Assembly (NCBI RefSeq): GCF_009914755.1
Contig: NC_060934.1
Reading direction: 5' to 3' (one strand)
DNA: 64,000 nt
Origin: the human T2T-CHM13v2.0 reference genome, Homo sapiens
The notes under the pieces are model-generated. The model had not been told where the DNA came from. It did not search any database and saw nothing but the letters and a program-made list of their open reading frames with translations. The translations under genes and the position numbers were made by a program. Below are positions 16,234-40,980 of this stretch, in pieces; the first letter of the stretch is position 1, and every line of letters starts with the position of its first letter.

Positions 16234-16591
16234 TGTACCTTGTTAGTTTGAATTACAGCTCTTTTCTAGCCCACTGGCCCCACTTTTTTGGTTTCTTTGC
16301 CCCTTGGGCTCATGATTTTTAGACAGCCTGTTTCTTTTCTCTTTTGCCCACAGATATGGTTCAATTGAAATAAGCACTCCTCAATACTAAGGCATTGAAA
16401 ATAAAAACAACCTATTTCTGAGAATAAAAGAGGAGAGCTAGCATGACACCAGTGGCCCCAGCTACTCACCCTAATCCCGATTCTAGGATAGAACACTCAG
16501 GTTCTGGGCACTGGATGCTGATGATAAAGGATTAGATATTAATGATCAATTTGAACCAAGACTTGGTCATTGCTCAACTTCAATTTTTCTT

Positions 16592-16625
<34 letters not shown>

Positions 16626-16670
16626 GTGAAAATCAAGAGGCTGGGCCTTGAAGCATCTCAGCAAGCATGA

Positions 16671-18636
<1,966 letters not shown>

Positions 18637-19004
18637 GCAGCAGGAACATTTCAACATGAGCTGTCTAAACACACCTTCCTGCCTCAGATGAAAACTTCAT
18701 CTAGGTTTTCCTGTTATCGTAACCATCACTCCTTGTTTTTAAATGAAGAAATAAAAATTATGTGAGAAACTGAAATCTATGTGAAGCATTCTAGACTCAG
18801 CCATGGGAAATTAGGAAGCTCAGGATCCCAGAGGCTCCAAATCATACTTCTTATCAGCCAAAAGCCCCGCTCCTCCTGAACCCACCCACCCACCTAAAAA
18901 CAAGCCAAAGAGGAGCCTTTCTAGAGGCTTCACTTTCCTCAGAACAAGAGAAAAACTCTCTCTTCAACATCAACAGTCAAAATGTGAATAGACCAGTCAA
19001 ATCC

Positions 19005-22000
19005 TCTGGATATGAAACAAAACAATTTTAATTTCAGAATATTACAAGAATATAAAAGAAAGACAATGCATAGGATCGTTTCTTTACAATTACATATACA
19101 TAGTCAAATAAGAATGAAAACTTTAACCAAAACACTTAAGAAACCTTGTTTCTCTTGTTGAGCAAGCTCAGGGATAGGACAAAGGCAACCCTTGCTCTGC
19201 AGAAAGAACCCTGGGGTGAGGGAATATTTCCCCCAACAGGTTCTATCTGTCCCCAGACATGGCCAGGGGAGGGCTCCATGGCTCTTTAGCACAGGCTGTG
19301 GCCTCACACACTCCAGTCTCCATGGTAACCCAAGCACTCAGGCTATTATGTCCCACACCTCCTCGCTGGCCTGCTTCTGTCAACTCTACGCTGGTAGAAG
19401 ATCTCGGCATTAGCTGTCTGGGGAAGCTAACTTCCTACAGTGGGTTTTAGTTGAGTTAATCACCACTGGTGTAAAACGCTTGTGCATCTTAGGAACCCAA
19501 ATCTTCCCCAAATTCTAGACAATCCCACAAAATGCTAGTATCTAGGTTTAGATCTAGGTCCTGTCTTCCGTTTGAAGCCTTCAGGGTAAAGGAGGGCAGA
19601 GATAAGGCTCTCTCCTGGGGAAAGGAGTTCTACACAAAAATGACCTCAGAATGGGGGCCATTAGCCTCAAGCATCTGTGTGAGGCCTTGTAGGAAAGGAG
19701 ACAGAGTCTAGAGACATCTATTCCTAAAAATCACCTGGTTGCATGGCCAGTCACTGTGGGGCACGTTCCCAGTGACCACAGGTTCTCCTAGACGGCAGTA
19801 TTTTCAACTGCATGCTAACACAGGCTGCTGTGAGGGAAACTGAACAGAAACGTTCCTACTCAGGAGGAGAGAATGGCTCTGTTCTGACACTCTAGGATCG
19901 ACTGCTTCCTTACAGGTCAACAGAACAGATACCTCCGGAGCACCCAGGTGTCACTGCAGTCAACAGCCCTCCACTAGCCCATTTCCCAAGGGTGTTCCCT
20001 TGTCCTTCCTGAATGACTCTGGAAGGACATTCTGGGTAAAGAGCTTTCCTTTGCGGAGGATCAACTGTAGTTTTGGTTACGATTCATTACCTGCTCCTTT
20101 TTTTACGGTTCGTTACCTGCTCCTGTTTTGGCCCTCAGGTACAGTCAGTATCTCCTGATGCTCTTTCACTACTACAGCAGGGTTTTTCACACCAGATTCA
20201 TTGGTCCCAATGCAAAAGTCTATCATTGTAAAAGGTGAGAAATTCCAACGCCTATGGTTCTCACTAATTTAGTCAGTGGGGTTCACACAGTACAGTCTGG
20301 ACCAGGAAGGTGGCCTGCAGTTTAATATGTGTATCCCTCTGGCACAAACACAAGGCCCCAAATTGACACCACATCAAAGCCCATCACAGGTGACCCCAGA
20401 AAGAAATGAAGTTGTAAAAGCCACAAGAAGAGGCACTTCCAGAGAGATTGTTCCAACATGAAAAACAAACACAATGAAATAGATTCAAAAAAAATCTTAT
20501 AGATTAAAAAACTCTGTTAAATACTGGCTCAAAAACAATACCTGCCCACCAAATCAGAAGGGAGACAGCAGCCTTCTGTGGCAAATGATAAAAGGGGTTT
20601 TCTCTGTGTTTTCCGTAAGATTCCACTGGATTAGAATAGTTACATATTACAAGGTAGAAGGTTATGCTGCTTACTCCTCAAATTTGGATTCTAAGTCGAT
20701 CACAGCTTCTATTAAGAAAAATGACCTATAAAACCCCTAAAGCAAGGGAAAACATATTCAATAAATAAACAAAACACACATAAACCACCCAAGGAGACCA
20801 GCTATATAAAGGCATGTGCATGTGATAAATATCTCTCTCATGATCCTCACCCCAGAACACAACCTTTGCTTATGATTCCATTCACCCAAAGAGCATCTAC
20901 ATCCGTCTAAATCTCAGCTACTTCCCTTAAATAGAATCAAAAACTAACACGATGACAGGAGCTATCAGGTCACCACTCTGCTCCCTCTACCTGATGCCAG
21001 CCCTGTTTAACAGACCATAGCACCACTTCGGGATGAAGCACGTCTAAACAAATAAAGGAAAGAAGGAAGAGTTAAGGAAGAATACCATTTCAATTTGGTG
21101 ATACCCAAAGGGTTTTCTGTTTGAATTAACTGATATCTGGTGTAAGGGATTTCATTTTCTTAATAAGAAAAAAAAAGTCAAATATTTAATAGAAACCTAC
21201 GCAAACGAATTTGCTAATATGTGTTTTTACAAATGACATAAAACTGCTCTAGAGAAAGGGGCTTCTAAGCAGTTTTGTTTTCCTAACCATCTATTGTTCA
21301 CACTGCATTAAGCTGGAAGACCAAATTTTACATTTTTCTCCACTATTGCTGTTACAGCAGCAAAAGCAGCAGAAAGGCTGGCAGAGGGGGCTGCCAGCTG
21401 GGCACAAGGCCAAGCTCTGCTCCCCCAGAGTCATCTTTCATTTCAGCAATGGTGCAGCATATTCAACAGTTTAGAAATAGGTCAGCAAACCACATTTTGT
21501 GGGGCAACTGCTTCCCCATAGTGGCCTGACTCGGCTCCAACCCACAGGGTGAGAAGGGTTGTACAGCTCCACAGAGCCAGGCACAAACCTGAGCATTCCC
21601 CCCTGCTACATGCTGCTCTCTGGGCAGACACCAGTTCATACTAGGTCAAAGCCATGCCACTGCTCTATCCAACACAAGTGAACACACCAAATCCAAAAGC
21701 CAGAAGCTCTGGCCCCATCTCCAAATTACCACCTGTGTCCCTTCTGACAAAGAGAGGGCGGAACAGTAACACTCCTTGAACATTGGTGACAAGCCACAGC
21801 TGCTTCCAAATAAGAACATTCTCTCCTTTAAATCCTGTCAGCCCTGCAGAGGCTGCTGCTTGCTTCTTCTTTCTGATCCTAACTTCCTCTCAGGAGACGG
21901 TCTAGCCTGCACCCTCAGAGGGTGCAATGTAATCCCACCCATAAAGAGTCATCCTGGGACATAAAGGCAGCCAGCCCCCTCCTAGGCACACTCCAGAGCT

Positions 22001-22953
22001 TCCCCCACATACAAATATTTTAGCAAACTTCTCTTATGCTGTCAGTGACTTTCCTTGAGTCACAGTGATTTGGTTCAGAAGTATTACGTTGGCACCAGAG
22101 ATGTTTTAGTCAAGAGGAAATTGAATGAAGATAACAAGTTCAGCAAAACACAATTATTTTCACATCACTGAGGAAAGGGAAAGAGAGAGAGAGATGGACA
22201 AGGGAGGGAGAAATGGAAGGAAGGAAAAGAGTTTAATAATTAAGATTTGTTAAAATACTGTATCATTCTGAATTCTCCTTTTTCAATACTGCAGGTCAAA
22301 TACTCTGATGTCACACCCAAGAAATAATAAAAAATGTCCAGAAAAGCTATAAATTCTTTGGACACAAATTAGGTATTGAGGAATACAGCCTCATAAGATA
22401 AAGAGTTTTCCCAAAGCTCAAAGTGAAAAAGAGGGAAAGATATCTAGCTTAGAGCCCAACCAAAAACATGGCTTTTAAAACAAAGAAATAAACAAACAAA
22501 AACAACCAAATACCCAATACTATCAAAACAGAGAAAAACCCAAAATATCCATTAAAAACAACATCAATCCACTGGGACAGTGCTTTTTAAAAAATTACTG
22601 GCAGTTGAGCACACATTTCATATTTTTTTTCAAAAGTGGAATCTGCCTAAACACATTGAGTGAGCACTGAAGCCCACCTTAGTGTGCTGTATAAGCTGGT
22701 TGGATAGTTAGTGGTTTCCCCATAATATTAAAAAAGAGAGACAGGGCCTAAGCACTCTCTCAGAAGGCACAGCTTGCAAACATCATCCAGTGAGTGGGGT
22801 TAGAGGTATCAGTCGGGTCACGGTATTAGTTGGCTTTGACAATTCAAAATGCAGCAAGCAAGCTGCAAGTCCAAGCTTTGCTGTGGGCAGGAATAACACC
22901 TGCCCACTAAACAGAAAATTCTGCATGGACCATAGGAGACAACTCTGGATCCT
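19005..22953 (-). other. ARHGAP19: ARHGAP19 3' UTR (~3.95 kb)
   Basis: About 4 kb with no Alu, in an otherwise Alu-saturated window, between the stop codon and an ATTAAA signal; the end coordinate is estimated. Confidence 0.8.
19027..19032 (-). terminator. Probable distal poly(A) signal ATTAAA
   Basis: Plus-strand TTTAAT; GU/U-rich sequence follows on the minus strand (...ttttgactgttgatgttg); coincides with the end of the repeat-free block. Confidence 0.7.
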
Positions 22954-22964
22954 TCAGAGAAATC
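22954..22964 (-). CDS. ARHGAP19: ARHGAP19 terminal exon coding part: (G)FL-stop (TGA)
   Basis: ttttccttcaacctAG/GA TTT CTC TGA completes the phase-1 codon from exon 11 and gives the recalled C-terminus ...GKKGFL. Confidence 0.9.
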
Positions 22965-23743
22965 CTAGGTTGAAGGAAAAACAAGAGCGTTAGACATGTT
23001 CTTAAATATTTCTTTTTGCAAACATCCCACTCAAAAGCTACAGGGTCTACACTTAATATTTTCTCCAAACTGAAGGCTAATGAGTTTAATTAAGAATGTG
23101 TGACTCTACCAAATAAACATCTGCCTGATATAATCTCGTTCATTAAATCATCTTAATGGCCGTAACAGCTAACAGTAAGTACATATTTTGTGCTGCTCTA
23201 AGTTATTTATGTACATTATTTATCCTCACAATAACCAGTATATGAGGTACTACTCCTACCATTTTACAGAGTAAGAATCTGCAGCCTACATAGTTCATTT
23301 GCCCGAGGACTAATATATAAGCTATTAAGCAGCAAAACTGGGAATGGAACCCAAGCCCAGCTGAATGCAGAACTCATGCTCCTACCACCAACGCCCCTCT
23401 CAACACTCAATGTTTACTAAAAGCCGACTCAGCACAAGGCACTGTCATTTTTCGGAAGATGAGAAGAACAGGAGACAGAAGGCCACAAATACACTAAGTC
23501 TGACCTTTGTCTTCTAGAAGAAAAACTAGTTACAGAGATAAGACAACATGTGAAGTAAATACAGTAAATCATACTAAGTGTCAATATTTTTGTAGCATTA
23601 ATAAGTTCAAAGGAAAAAGTATTATATTTGGCTGTGTTAGCCAGAGAAAGTTTCAAAGAGGAGGTGAGATTTAGGCTAGACTTTGAAGAATGGGTAAGAT
23701 TTTGACTACTGAAAATAATGGCCATAATAAGTAGGTGCTAAAT

Positions 23744-23966
23744 CAGTGGTTCTCATGTGGAGATGACTTTGCCTCCTCACCCACCATGGGACATTTGGCA
23801 ATGTCTAGAAGCACTTTTACTTATCACAACTGGGGGAAGGATGCTCCCAGCATCGATGGGGTAAAGGCCAGGAAGGCTGCTCATCATACAGTGCACATGG
23901 CAGCTCCTACAACAAAGCATTATCTGAACCAACATGTCAGTAGTGTGCCAAGGTTGAGAAATCCTG
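23744..23966 (+). mobile_element. MER20 hAT DNA transposon, intron 11
   Basis: cagtggttctc...gggacatttggcaatgtct...ggttgagaaatcctg; 8-bp TSD tgctaaat/tactaaat. Confidence 0.88.
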
Positions 23967-25978
23967 TACTAAATAATAGTCTTTTTGGATTATGTTGTTG
24001 ATCACAGTAATAAAATTACATTATCTTCTTCAAAGAATATGTTATTTTTATTATAAACATCACTATCAAAAAATCTGAGGTTGTATATTCATTGTTGTAT
24101 AAAAGAAATACATGGCAGGCACCTGGATCTGTGGGCTTGGAGACTGCCAATGTCTGAAGAGAGTTCAGACCTGGCATTGCCAGGCTGGAAGTAGTTATCA
24201 TACAGAGAGCAGAGCTGAGCAGTGGAAGGAGACCAAGCTGCAAAGAGGCAGGAGAAGCAGGTGCAGAAACGAACAGAACTTAAGAGCAGAACTTAAGATA
24301 GAGCATTGAAAAAAATAAAGATGTAGTGGAATAGGCAAACAACAGTAAGCCACTGCAGATAAGGAAAAGAATTAAAGAGGAAGAAGAACGAGAATAATGT
24401 AGCATCATAACACCAGGAAGGCATTTCCAGATAGAGGAAGTGACCAGGAGAGAGTAAAGTGAAAATGCCATTGCCTGATCCAATTGAGGGTCATTCATTA
24501 TCTCGACTTCTCTGAACTACTAACATTTTTGAGAATCTAATTAGAACCATATATTCTCTCCCCCAGAAAAATACACATATGTACCTACACAAAAGACTGC
24601 ATCAACAATACCGGGAACTTTATTAGACCATTTAGGAAGTCCACAGATGACAAGGTCAACAATCCCTGCTCTAAAGCTTATTGGTGAAATATTAGACTGG
24701 TTTTTAAAAAACGTCTTTCTTTCTTTCCAAGGTAGAGCTGTCAATACAGAAAGGTATTATTTCCGCATGTCTTTCAAAAATGACAGCAACAAAAGTTGTA
24801 ACTGATACAAAACAATGTAGCCTTCAAAAATAACTTATGCTTGGTTTTGATTCATGGACATACAGAAATATTTAGACACAAAAAACTCAAACCCCCATCT
24901 TGTCTCAATTAGACAGCCCAGCCTGGAAGACAGAAGCAACGAGGAAAGAAAAGAGAGTTTAGATAATTCATTCAAGGATAAGTAAGAAGAATATACTGAA
25001 ATCTAATTTTCCAGAAAAGAATTTATCCATAAGGATTAGGCTTTTGATCTCTGCCTATTTCTGATGTCTCAAATAGTAATTATGCTCATATCCCAGTGAT
25101 AAAACAATCATGTCAAACCAGACTCACTTCAGCTGCCACATGAGCCTTATATAACAAGACCAGGTTTCAGCCCGTTTTCTACAGTAACAACTATAACCAC
25201 TTGTTAATGATTTAACAATGACAATGTGCTGCCAAAACATTATTTCAATTGAGCCTCATAATAAATTAATAAATCTGTGAAGTAGATGTAACTTTTATCC
25301 TCATTTTCAGAGGAGAAAACTTGAATTCATAGAGAATGGGTGGTTTTCCTGGGTCAGAGGAATGATAACTCCCATCAGGACTAACCACAAATCTCACGGT
25401 CTTTCCATTGACCCACTTGGCTCCTTCAGAGGAAGGCACAGCAGGCTTTTACCAGAAGAGCCTGGGACAATCAGCAGTCCCAGCATTAAATAGTCCTCTT
25501 TGTCCTAAATAGCCCCCAAAATATGCTGTATGATATGACTTCCCGGATCCTTAGGCACGAGCTGTTGATCTAGAAAGCTTCACTAATTAGGGCTGGCCTA
25601 CACAGAAAAGGAACCTAACTATTCCATAAGCATACTCCCAGCACTGTTGAACTTGGTTTCACAAATTCATTTACACTTGTTTTTAATTTGCTTCGCAAGT
25701 ATTCTTAAGGTATTTTCCCCCATGTGTCCTGTCTGTCCAAGAACACAGGGACCATGTGGGTCTGTGTTCACAGCTCTACCCTTAGCACCCAAGACAATGC
25801 TGAGTAAATGGTTCAATAACCATCTGGTGAATGAACTCAAGGGCAAGGACCTGGCCTTGTAATTTTTATGTCACTTCTGACTACAAATGTACTATCCTGG
25901 GAATTCAAACAAATGCTACTGACTAGATGCAGAAAGGAATTACATTTAGTAAGAACAGAGAGTAAGTACAATTAGTAC

Positions 25979-26057
25979 CTTTTTTCCCCTCTTTCTTCCC
26001 TTCAGACCACTTCAATCTTGTTGGTGTCATCGTGACAGCTGGAGAGCCAGAAAATAA
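25979..26057 (-). CDS. ARHGAP19: ARHGAP19 exon 11 (79 bp): LFSGSPAVTMTPTRLKWSEGKKEGKK(G)
   Basis: 26 codons plus 1 nt; acceptor ttattacAG, weak donor AAG/GTACTA; contains TPTR (T476). Confidence 0.92.
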
Positions 26058-26595
26058 CTGTAATAAGAAAATTGTACAGTGGTTTCAATGTTCTAATGCC
26101 ATTCCTATAGACAGACTTTACTAACAAATGAATTATTTGTTCAATTTCAATGTGAAGAGTTTTTCTGAGACTGATGTATTTATATCTCATTAATCTTAAC
26201 TGATTTACTGCTGGCTTAATGAAGTAGGCATGCCTAGGATATCTTGAACCACCACCCCACAGGTAATATAGAGCCTAGGAGGCCTGGCTCAAATGTCACC
26301 TGTGGAATCTTCCAGTAAGAACTAACTGCTTCCTCCAGCACTTGTTTAAGGAGCTACTGTACTGTACTACTCATCTGCTTGTGACTAGTGATATCATTCT
26401 TGAATTCAAAATGTGTTTGTTTGTTGAATGAGTCAATGAAAACCAACAGAAAGAAGGTAGCATAAATGAAAGGATTGAGAAAAAGCCATTTGAATGGCCC
26501 AAAGAAACACAGTAAAACAGATGACAGTATATCAATTTTCCTCTTTTCTACAAATATATACAGACAGACAGACAGTCCAAAGAACAGTGTCTTAC

Positions 26596-26706
26596 TAAGT
26601 TCCTATTTTCTTTGCTGGTTCCCTTCAATTCACCAATGGCCACAGATTCTGGAGTAGGGTTCTTCTTTTTCTTTTCTGACATCATCTGATTTCCCAGGAC
26701 CTTCCG
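26596..26706 (-). CDS. ARHGAP19: ARHGAP19 exon 10 (111 bp): RKVLGNQMMSEKKKKNPTPESVAIGELKGTSKENRNL
   Basis: 37 codons; acceptor aatcAG, donor GTAAGA. Confidence 0.92.
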
Positions 26707-27569
26707 CTGATTTAAGAACAGAAAACATTTGATTTATAAACACCTACTGCATCTACAGTGGAGCTATACTAGCCTTCAAAACTGTAATGTCCTTGGGTTA
26801 AAAAAATCTCAGCATTCTGATAATCCTGTATGGACCCTCTCAGGCCATCTTATACAAGAGAGGCCAAAGCATGTTACCAAAAAAACCCAAAATCATTACT
26901 TTTGTTTAAGTGATCACTTTTCCTCCACATTTAAAAGGGCTGAAAGGTTAGAAGCAACTTTATAGTTGATTTAAACAAGCTAATATAGGTCAATTACAGT
27001 GTGCCTCTGAGACCAGTTACTCACAATATAGAAACACCAGTTACTCATCATATAATTTTTTTCCCCAAAGATGTGCTGTCTCTGGCAACTATTTAAAAAG
27101 TCCCTCCCCCCTACTTACCACTGAGGGATACTTAGGCTGGCTCTTCTCTAAGGCACTTCTTCCTCCCTGTCATTTACTCACACAGGACTGGAACATTTGG
27201 AGACATTCTATAAGAGTTCCTAATATAGCCACAAGAAGGTAGAGGCCTTCTTAAGGGGGTCACATGACTGTACTGACATTCAGAGCAAGACTAAAAGCCC
27301 TTTCATCTCTGAACAGCTTAGAAGATGATGTAGTTTAGGTAACCGCCAACAGTGACAATTCTACCATCTTTGGAGAAATTTTTTTTTCCCTTAGAGAATA
27401 AATTTGAATTCTAAAAAAAGAACATATCAAAACTAGAACATTAAACCCTGCATTATAAATATGAGCAGCAATATTCAGAACATTCTGATTTAATAAATAA
27501 TTTACATGAGAGGAGTTCTGGAGGAAAAAACTCTAGCCAAAAAAGGGATCCAGACAGGCTAGATGGTCA

Positions 27570-27925
<356 letters not shown>

Positions 27926-28119
27926 CTAACACATAGAGAAACATTTATCTGACTATAACTTTTCTGATTCTCAATCATCTCTATGACAGGGAAGTCAGAG
28001 GGAATGACAGATTCTTCCAAATGAGAAGAAAAAAACAAGAGTAAACTAACGATGTTCGTTTTACTAGCCCTGTCTAAGCAGGTAAATGCACTTTTAGGAT
28101 TCTAGCTAAGGGATTTTTT

Positions 28120-29450
<1,331 letters not shown>

Positions 29451-29607
29451 TTTGATGTCAAGTAAGCCTAATGTCCTAGAAGCTACTGGCCCCAGGAGGT
29501 CAGGATTGAGAGTGAATTCTAGATATCTATAAATTATAACTAGGACCAAAATTACAGTAAGATGAATTTGTAAATGCTAACAGCTGTACCTCAAAAAAAA
29601 AAAATTA

Positions 29608-30210
<603 letters not shown>

Positions 30211-30347
30211 TTACAAGTTATTTATTTTTAGGGCAAAAATTTTAAATTTTAAGCAAAGAGCTCCCTGTGTTGCTGGAATTATATATCTTAATAACAAAGT
30301 AATTTTTAAAAGAAAAGCAGGGCAAAACACCAAAAATAAAAACAAAA

Positions 30348-31272
<925 letters not shown>

Positions 31273-31420
31273 ATACTCAGTGCTTTTGGGGCAGCAATCT
31301 CTTCCAAAAAAGAAAAATAGAAAAGAAAAGCAGTGTATATAGCACTCATCTCTCTCCAAGTTAACCAAAACCTTGCCTTAGTTCATGCATGGAAATTTGA
31401 ACCCCATGATCAAGTTATCT

Positions 31421-31438
31421 ACTGCCACCTGATGGCAA
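31421..31438 (-). promoter_or_regulatory. CTCF-like motif, intron 9
   Basis: Minus strand TGCCATCAGGTGGCAGT, one mismatch to the core consensus. Confidence 0.45.
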
Positions 31439-32050
31439 TATTCCTTCACTACATGTTCCGATAGTTTGAAGACTTATAAATTTAATCTGCAAACATGGTG
31501 ATAGCAGCAATAACATAGAAGCATATTTTGTATTTGTTTTAAAAACAAGATTTTTACTGAATTTGATACATGGAAGAAAGTACAACAACTGTTAAAAATA
31601 TTAAGCTCACAAAAATTTGGGGTATCAAAACTCACTAGCCTATTGGAAAATCCAGTTTTCTAACAGTTTCCCTAGTCTGTCTCAACTTCCTCACTTCTCC
31701 ACAGGTTTACCAAATTGCATAAAGAAGTGTGTAACTCGAAGCTGATCAGAAAACAAAAGGGCCTCTTACACTGCTCAGGAATGCAGACTCTGTCCTTAGC
31801 CCCTTAGCCCCAGAAGAAAAGGAAGGACCCTTACTTCTACTCCTCACGTCACAGAGCCCCTTCTCTGATGTGCAACACAGCAAAGCACTTTGCAATATAA
31901 AAGCTTTTCAACATTTTGTCTTTACCCCCTTATAAACTAGCCCTTTATAGGGTCCCCAAAAAACAGAAGAAAACTTTTTATGCATAAGAAAAATCACATT
32001 GTTACATTTCCTAAAAATCAATGCTGAAAACGACAGCCCAGCATACCTAC

Positions 32051-32149
32051 CTTAATAAGCCCACTGAAGGAGCGCGAACGAGCCCTCTTTTGTACCTGGG
32101 AAGTAGAAGGTTCTCGCCCTGGTGTCTGGGTCAATGATTGCTTATTAAA
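32051..32149 (-). CDS. ARHGAP19: ARHGAP19 exon 9 (99 bp): FNKQSLTQTPGREPSTSQVQKRARSRSFSGLIK
   Basis: 33 codons; acceptor ttttcttctAG, donor GTAGGT. Contains TPGR (T404, CDK1-type) and RARSRSF (S422, basophilic/ROCK-type), matching recalled phosphosites. Confidence 0.93.
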
Positions 32150-32731
32150 CTAGAAGAAAACATGGAGAACATTTTATAAATACTTTCCCATCAAGACACG
32201 GCATTCTGTGACAACTAATAGCTAAGTGTAAATAAAAGTCCAGGAAAAACTGAGTCTGCGCATAGATGGATTAGGAGGTCAAAAAGCCAATCACAAAGTC
32301 AGAAATGATGATGCCAAAAGAAGTGGATTCAAGTGCTCTGAGGGGCTCTGCACGCCACATTCCTTGAATGTGGAATTACTGTCCCCATTCTACAGACAAA
32401 AAAACTGAGACTTGGAGAGCTTATGAAATTTATCCACGATCCCCAGCTGCTAACCAAGACTTTTTTGCAACAAAGCATCTTGGAACCACACAGTTACTGG
32501 CACAATCTAAAACAGTCCCTAATTTAACATAAATTGCATACAGAATTTTTTTAAGTTACTAAAACTCTTTAAATGGACATCTATCATGACTGCCTGACAA
32601 CAATACCATCAGAGGAAATACATCAGAATGCAGACTTGTCAATGCTATCAACATCAGCTCTCTGGAGGTATCTAAAGTGGAAAACGAGAAGACCCAATGC
32701 ATTGAATAATCTTATTCAATGCTTTGATTAG

Positions 32732-34114
<1,383 letters not shown>

Positions 34115-34165
34115 CTCAGTCTACGGAAAACAATATAGTTTCTTCCACAAATAAGGTTCAGATAA

Positions 34166-36026
<1,861 letters not shown>

Positions 36027-36043
36027 ATAAAGAAAAAGGGAGT

Positions 36044-36826
<783 letters not shown>

Positions 36827-37187
36827 TGTACTAATGTTAATTTCTTAGTTTTTATAATGTTAATATTAGGGGGAATTGGGTAAAGGGTACTTACCCAGTT
36901 TTTATTTTAAAGTTTATTTAAGCAAACTGGCAATGTTTTAAGGGGAAAAAAAAAAAGAAGAAAGGGAGAAAAAGAGGCACTTATCTATTAAAAGGGACCT
37001 AGTACACGTAGCAGCCAAAAAAATAATGCATATTCGTTTATCATGCCACTTCTAGAAAATAATCTACAATGAAAATACTTATGAACAAAAATTTATAAAC
37101 TAAAAACCTAATTCCCAAATATGCCCAGTAGTAGGCAAATTATGTATAAATTTGGTTACACAGAATAGAATATTATATAAACATTTA

Positions 37188-39771
<2,584 letters not shown>

Positions 39772-40788
39772 GTATCAGTGTTCTTGTTGAAAGAAGTCAT
39801 TATACCTGTCCTACATGAAACTACTTAGTTTCTATCAAGAATTAAATCACTAGACTGGTTTGAATCTGCAGCAATACTCAGCCAACACCCTGTAAAATTC
39901 CAGTTGTAACACAATTTGCTAGATCTCAAAGTAATTTCAAAGAGATGGCAGAAACTTCTCTTAAATGACTTTGTTAATTCTTAAGAACAGCTCAGTTCAC
40001 CATTATCTGAGTACTTGTTTATACCTGGCCTTATGCTGAGAGTAGGTATAAAATAAGTAAAAACAGACTCTTCCCCCAAGGAAGTCCCAGTTGAATAAAA
40101 GTCAAGAGGCTGACCCTGCCTGCTCAGGTAAAATTCAAGAGGGATTGAGACAAAATTAATCTTGAGAAAGAAACTACCCAAAGTCACAGAACTAACTTAA
40201 ACCACACTTTGAGTCCCAAAATAGCAAATTTGTTCCCACAGCTCCAGCATAAACAAACTTAGCCACCAGAATTCCTACTTTCTAGTATCAGACTAGGGTC
40301 CTGATTTATTGTGTTCTCTAACTGCAAACAACTCTGTTAGTAAAAAGTTACCACTTAGACTTTGCTATGCCAGCCACTCTACACAGATTATCTCTAATTT
40401 TTACAACTTTGAAACATTGCTGTTACTATTACCATTTTACAAACAAAACTGAAATTCAGAAAAGTTATTTGCTAAGAAAATCTGGAGGGTTTAAACTTCG
40501 GAACAATATGTTTTAACTGCTGGTTATCTCTCAGCAAACTTGGGACATGACCAAAATGAGAGACTCTCTAACCACACTTGGATCCTCCTGCTTAACTAGA
40601 AATCAAGAGACTCCACTCCTTTCTGTAGTGGAGCAATGGCACAGAGATCACTGTGGAGATTCCATAGACAAGCCTGCTTTCTCAGCTGAACCAAAAATTA
40701 AATGAGATTCTTAACAATATGACCTACTGATTCTACAACCACGATTACACTCCTAAAGCCCCATCACAACTTCCCTGCCTTTAGGCAC

Positions 40789-40980
40789 CTGTCTAATAAG
40801 TTGTTTCTTCTTTGCTGACTCTGGCATATCATGAACGTGTTGAAACAGCTCTCTCAGTGCCTCTTCCGTATGGTGCTGGGTCTCCTCCTGGTGAGGGCAG
40901 GAATCTACCCGGTTCCGTTTCTGAGACTTTGCCAGCTGAAAGGACTTAGTATGACATGAAGCTATGAGGTCAAGGTCATC
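40789..40980 (-). CDS. ARHGAP19: ARHGAP19 exon 8 (192 bp): DDLDLIASCHTKSFQLAK...MPESAKKKQLIRQ
   Basis: 64 open codons; acceptor ttttccttAG, weak donor CAG/GTGCCT. Confidence 0.93.
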
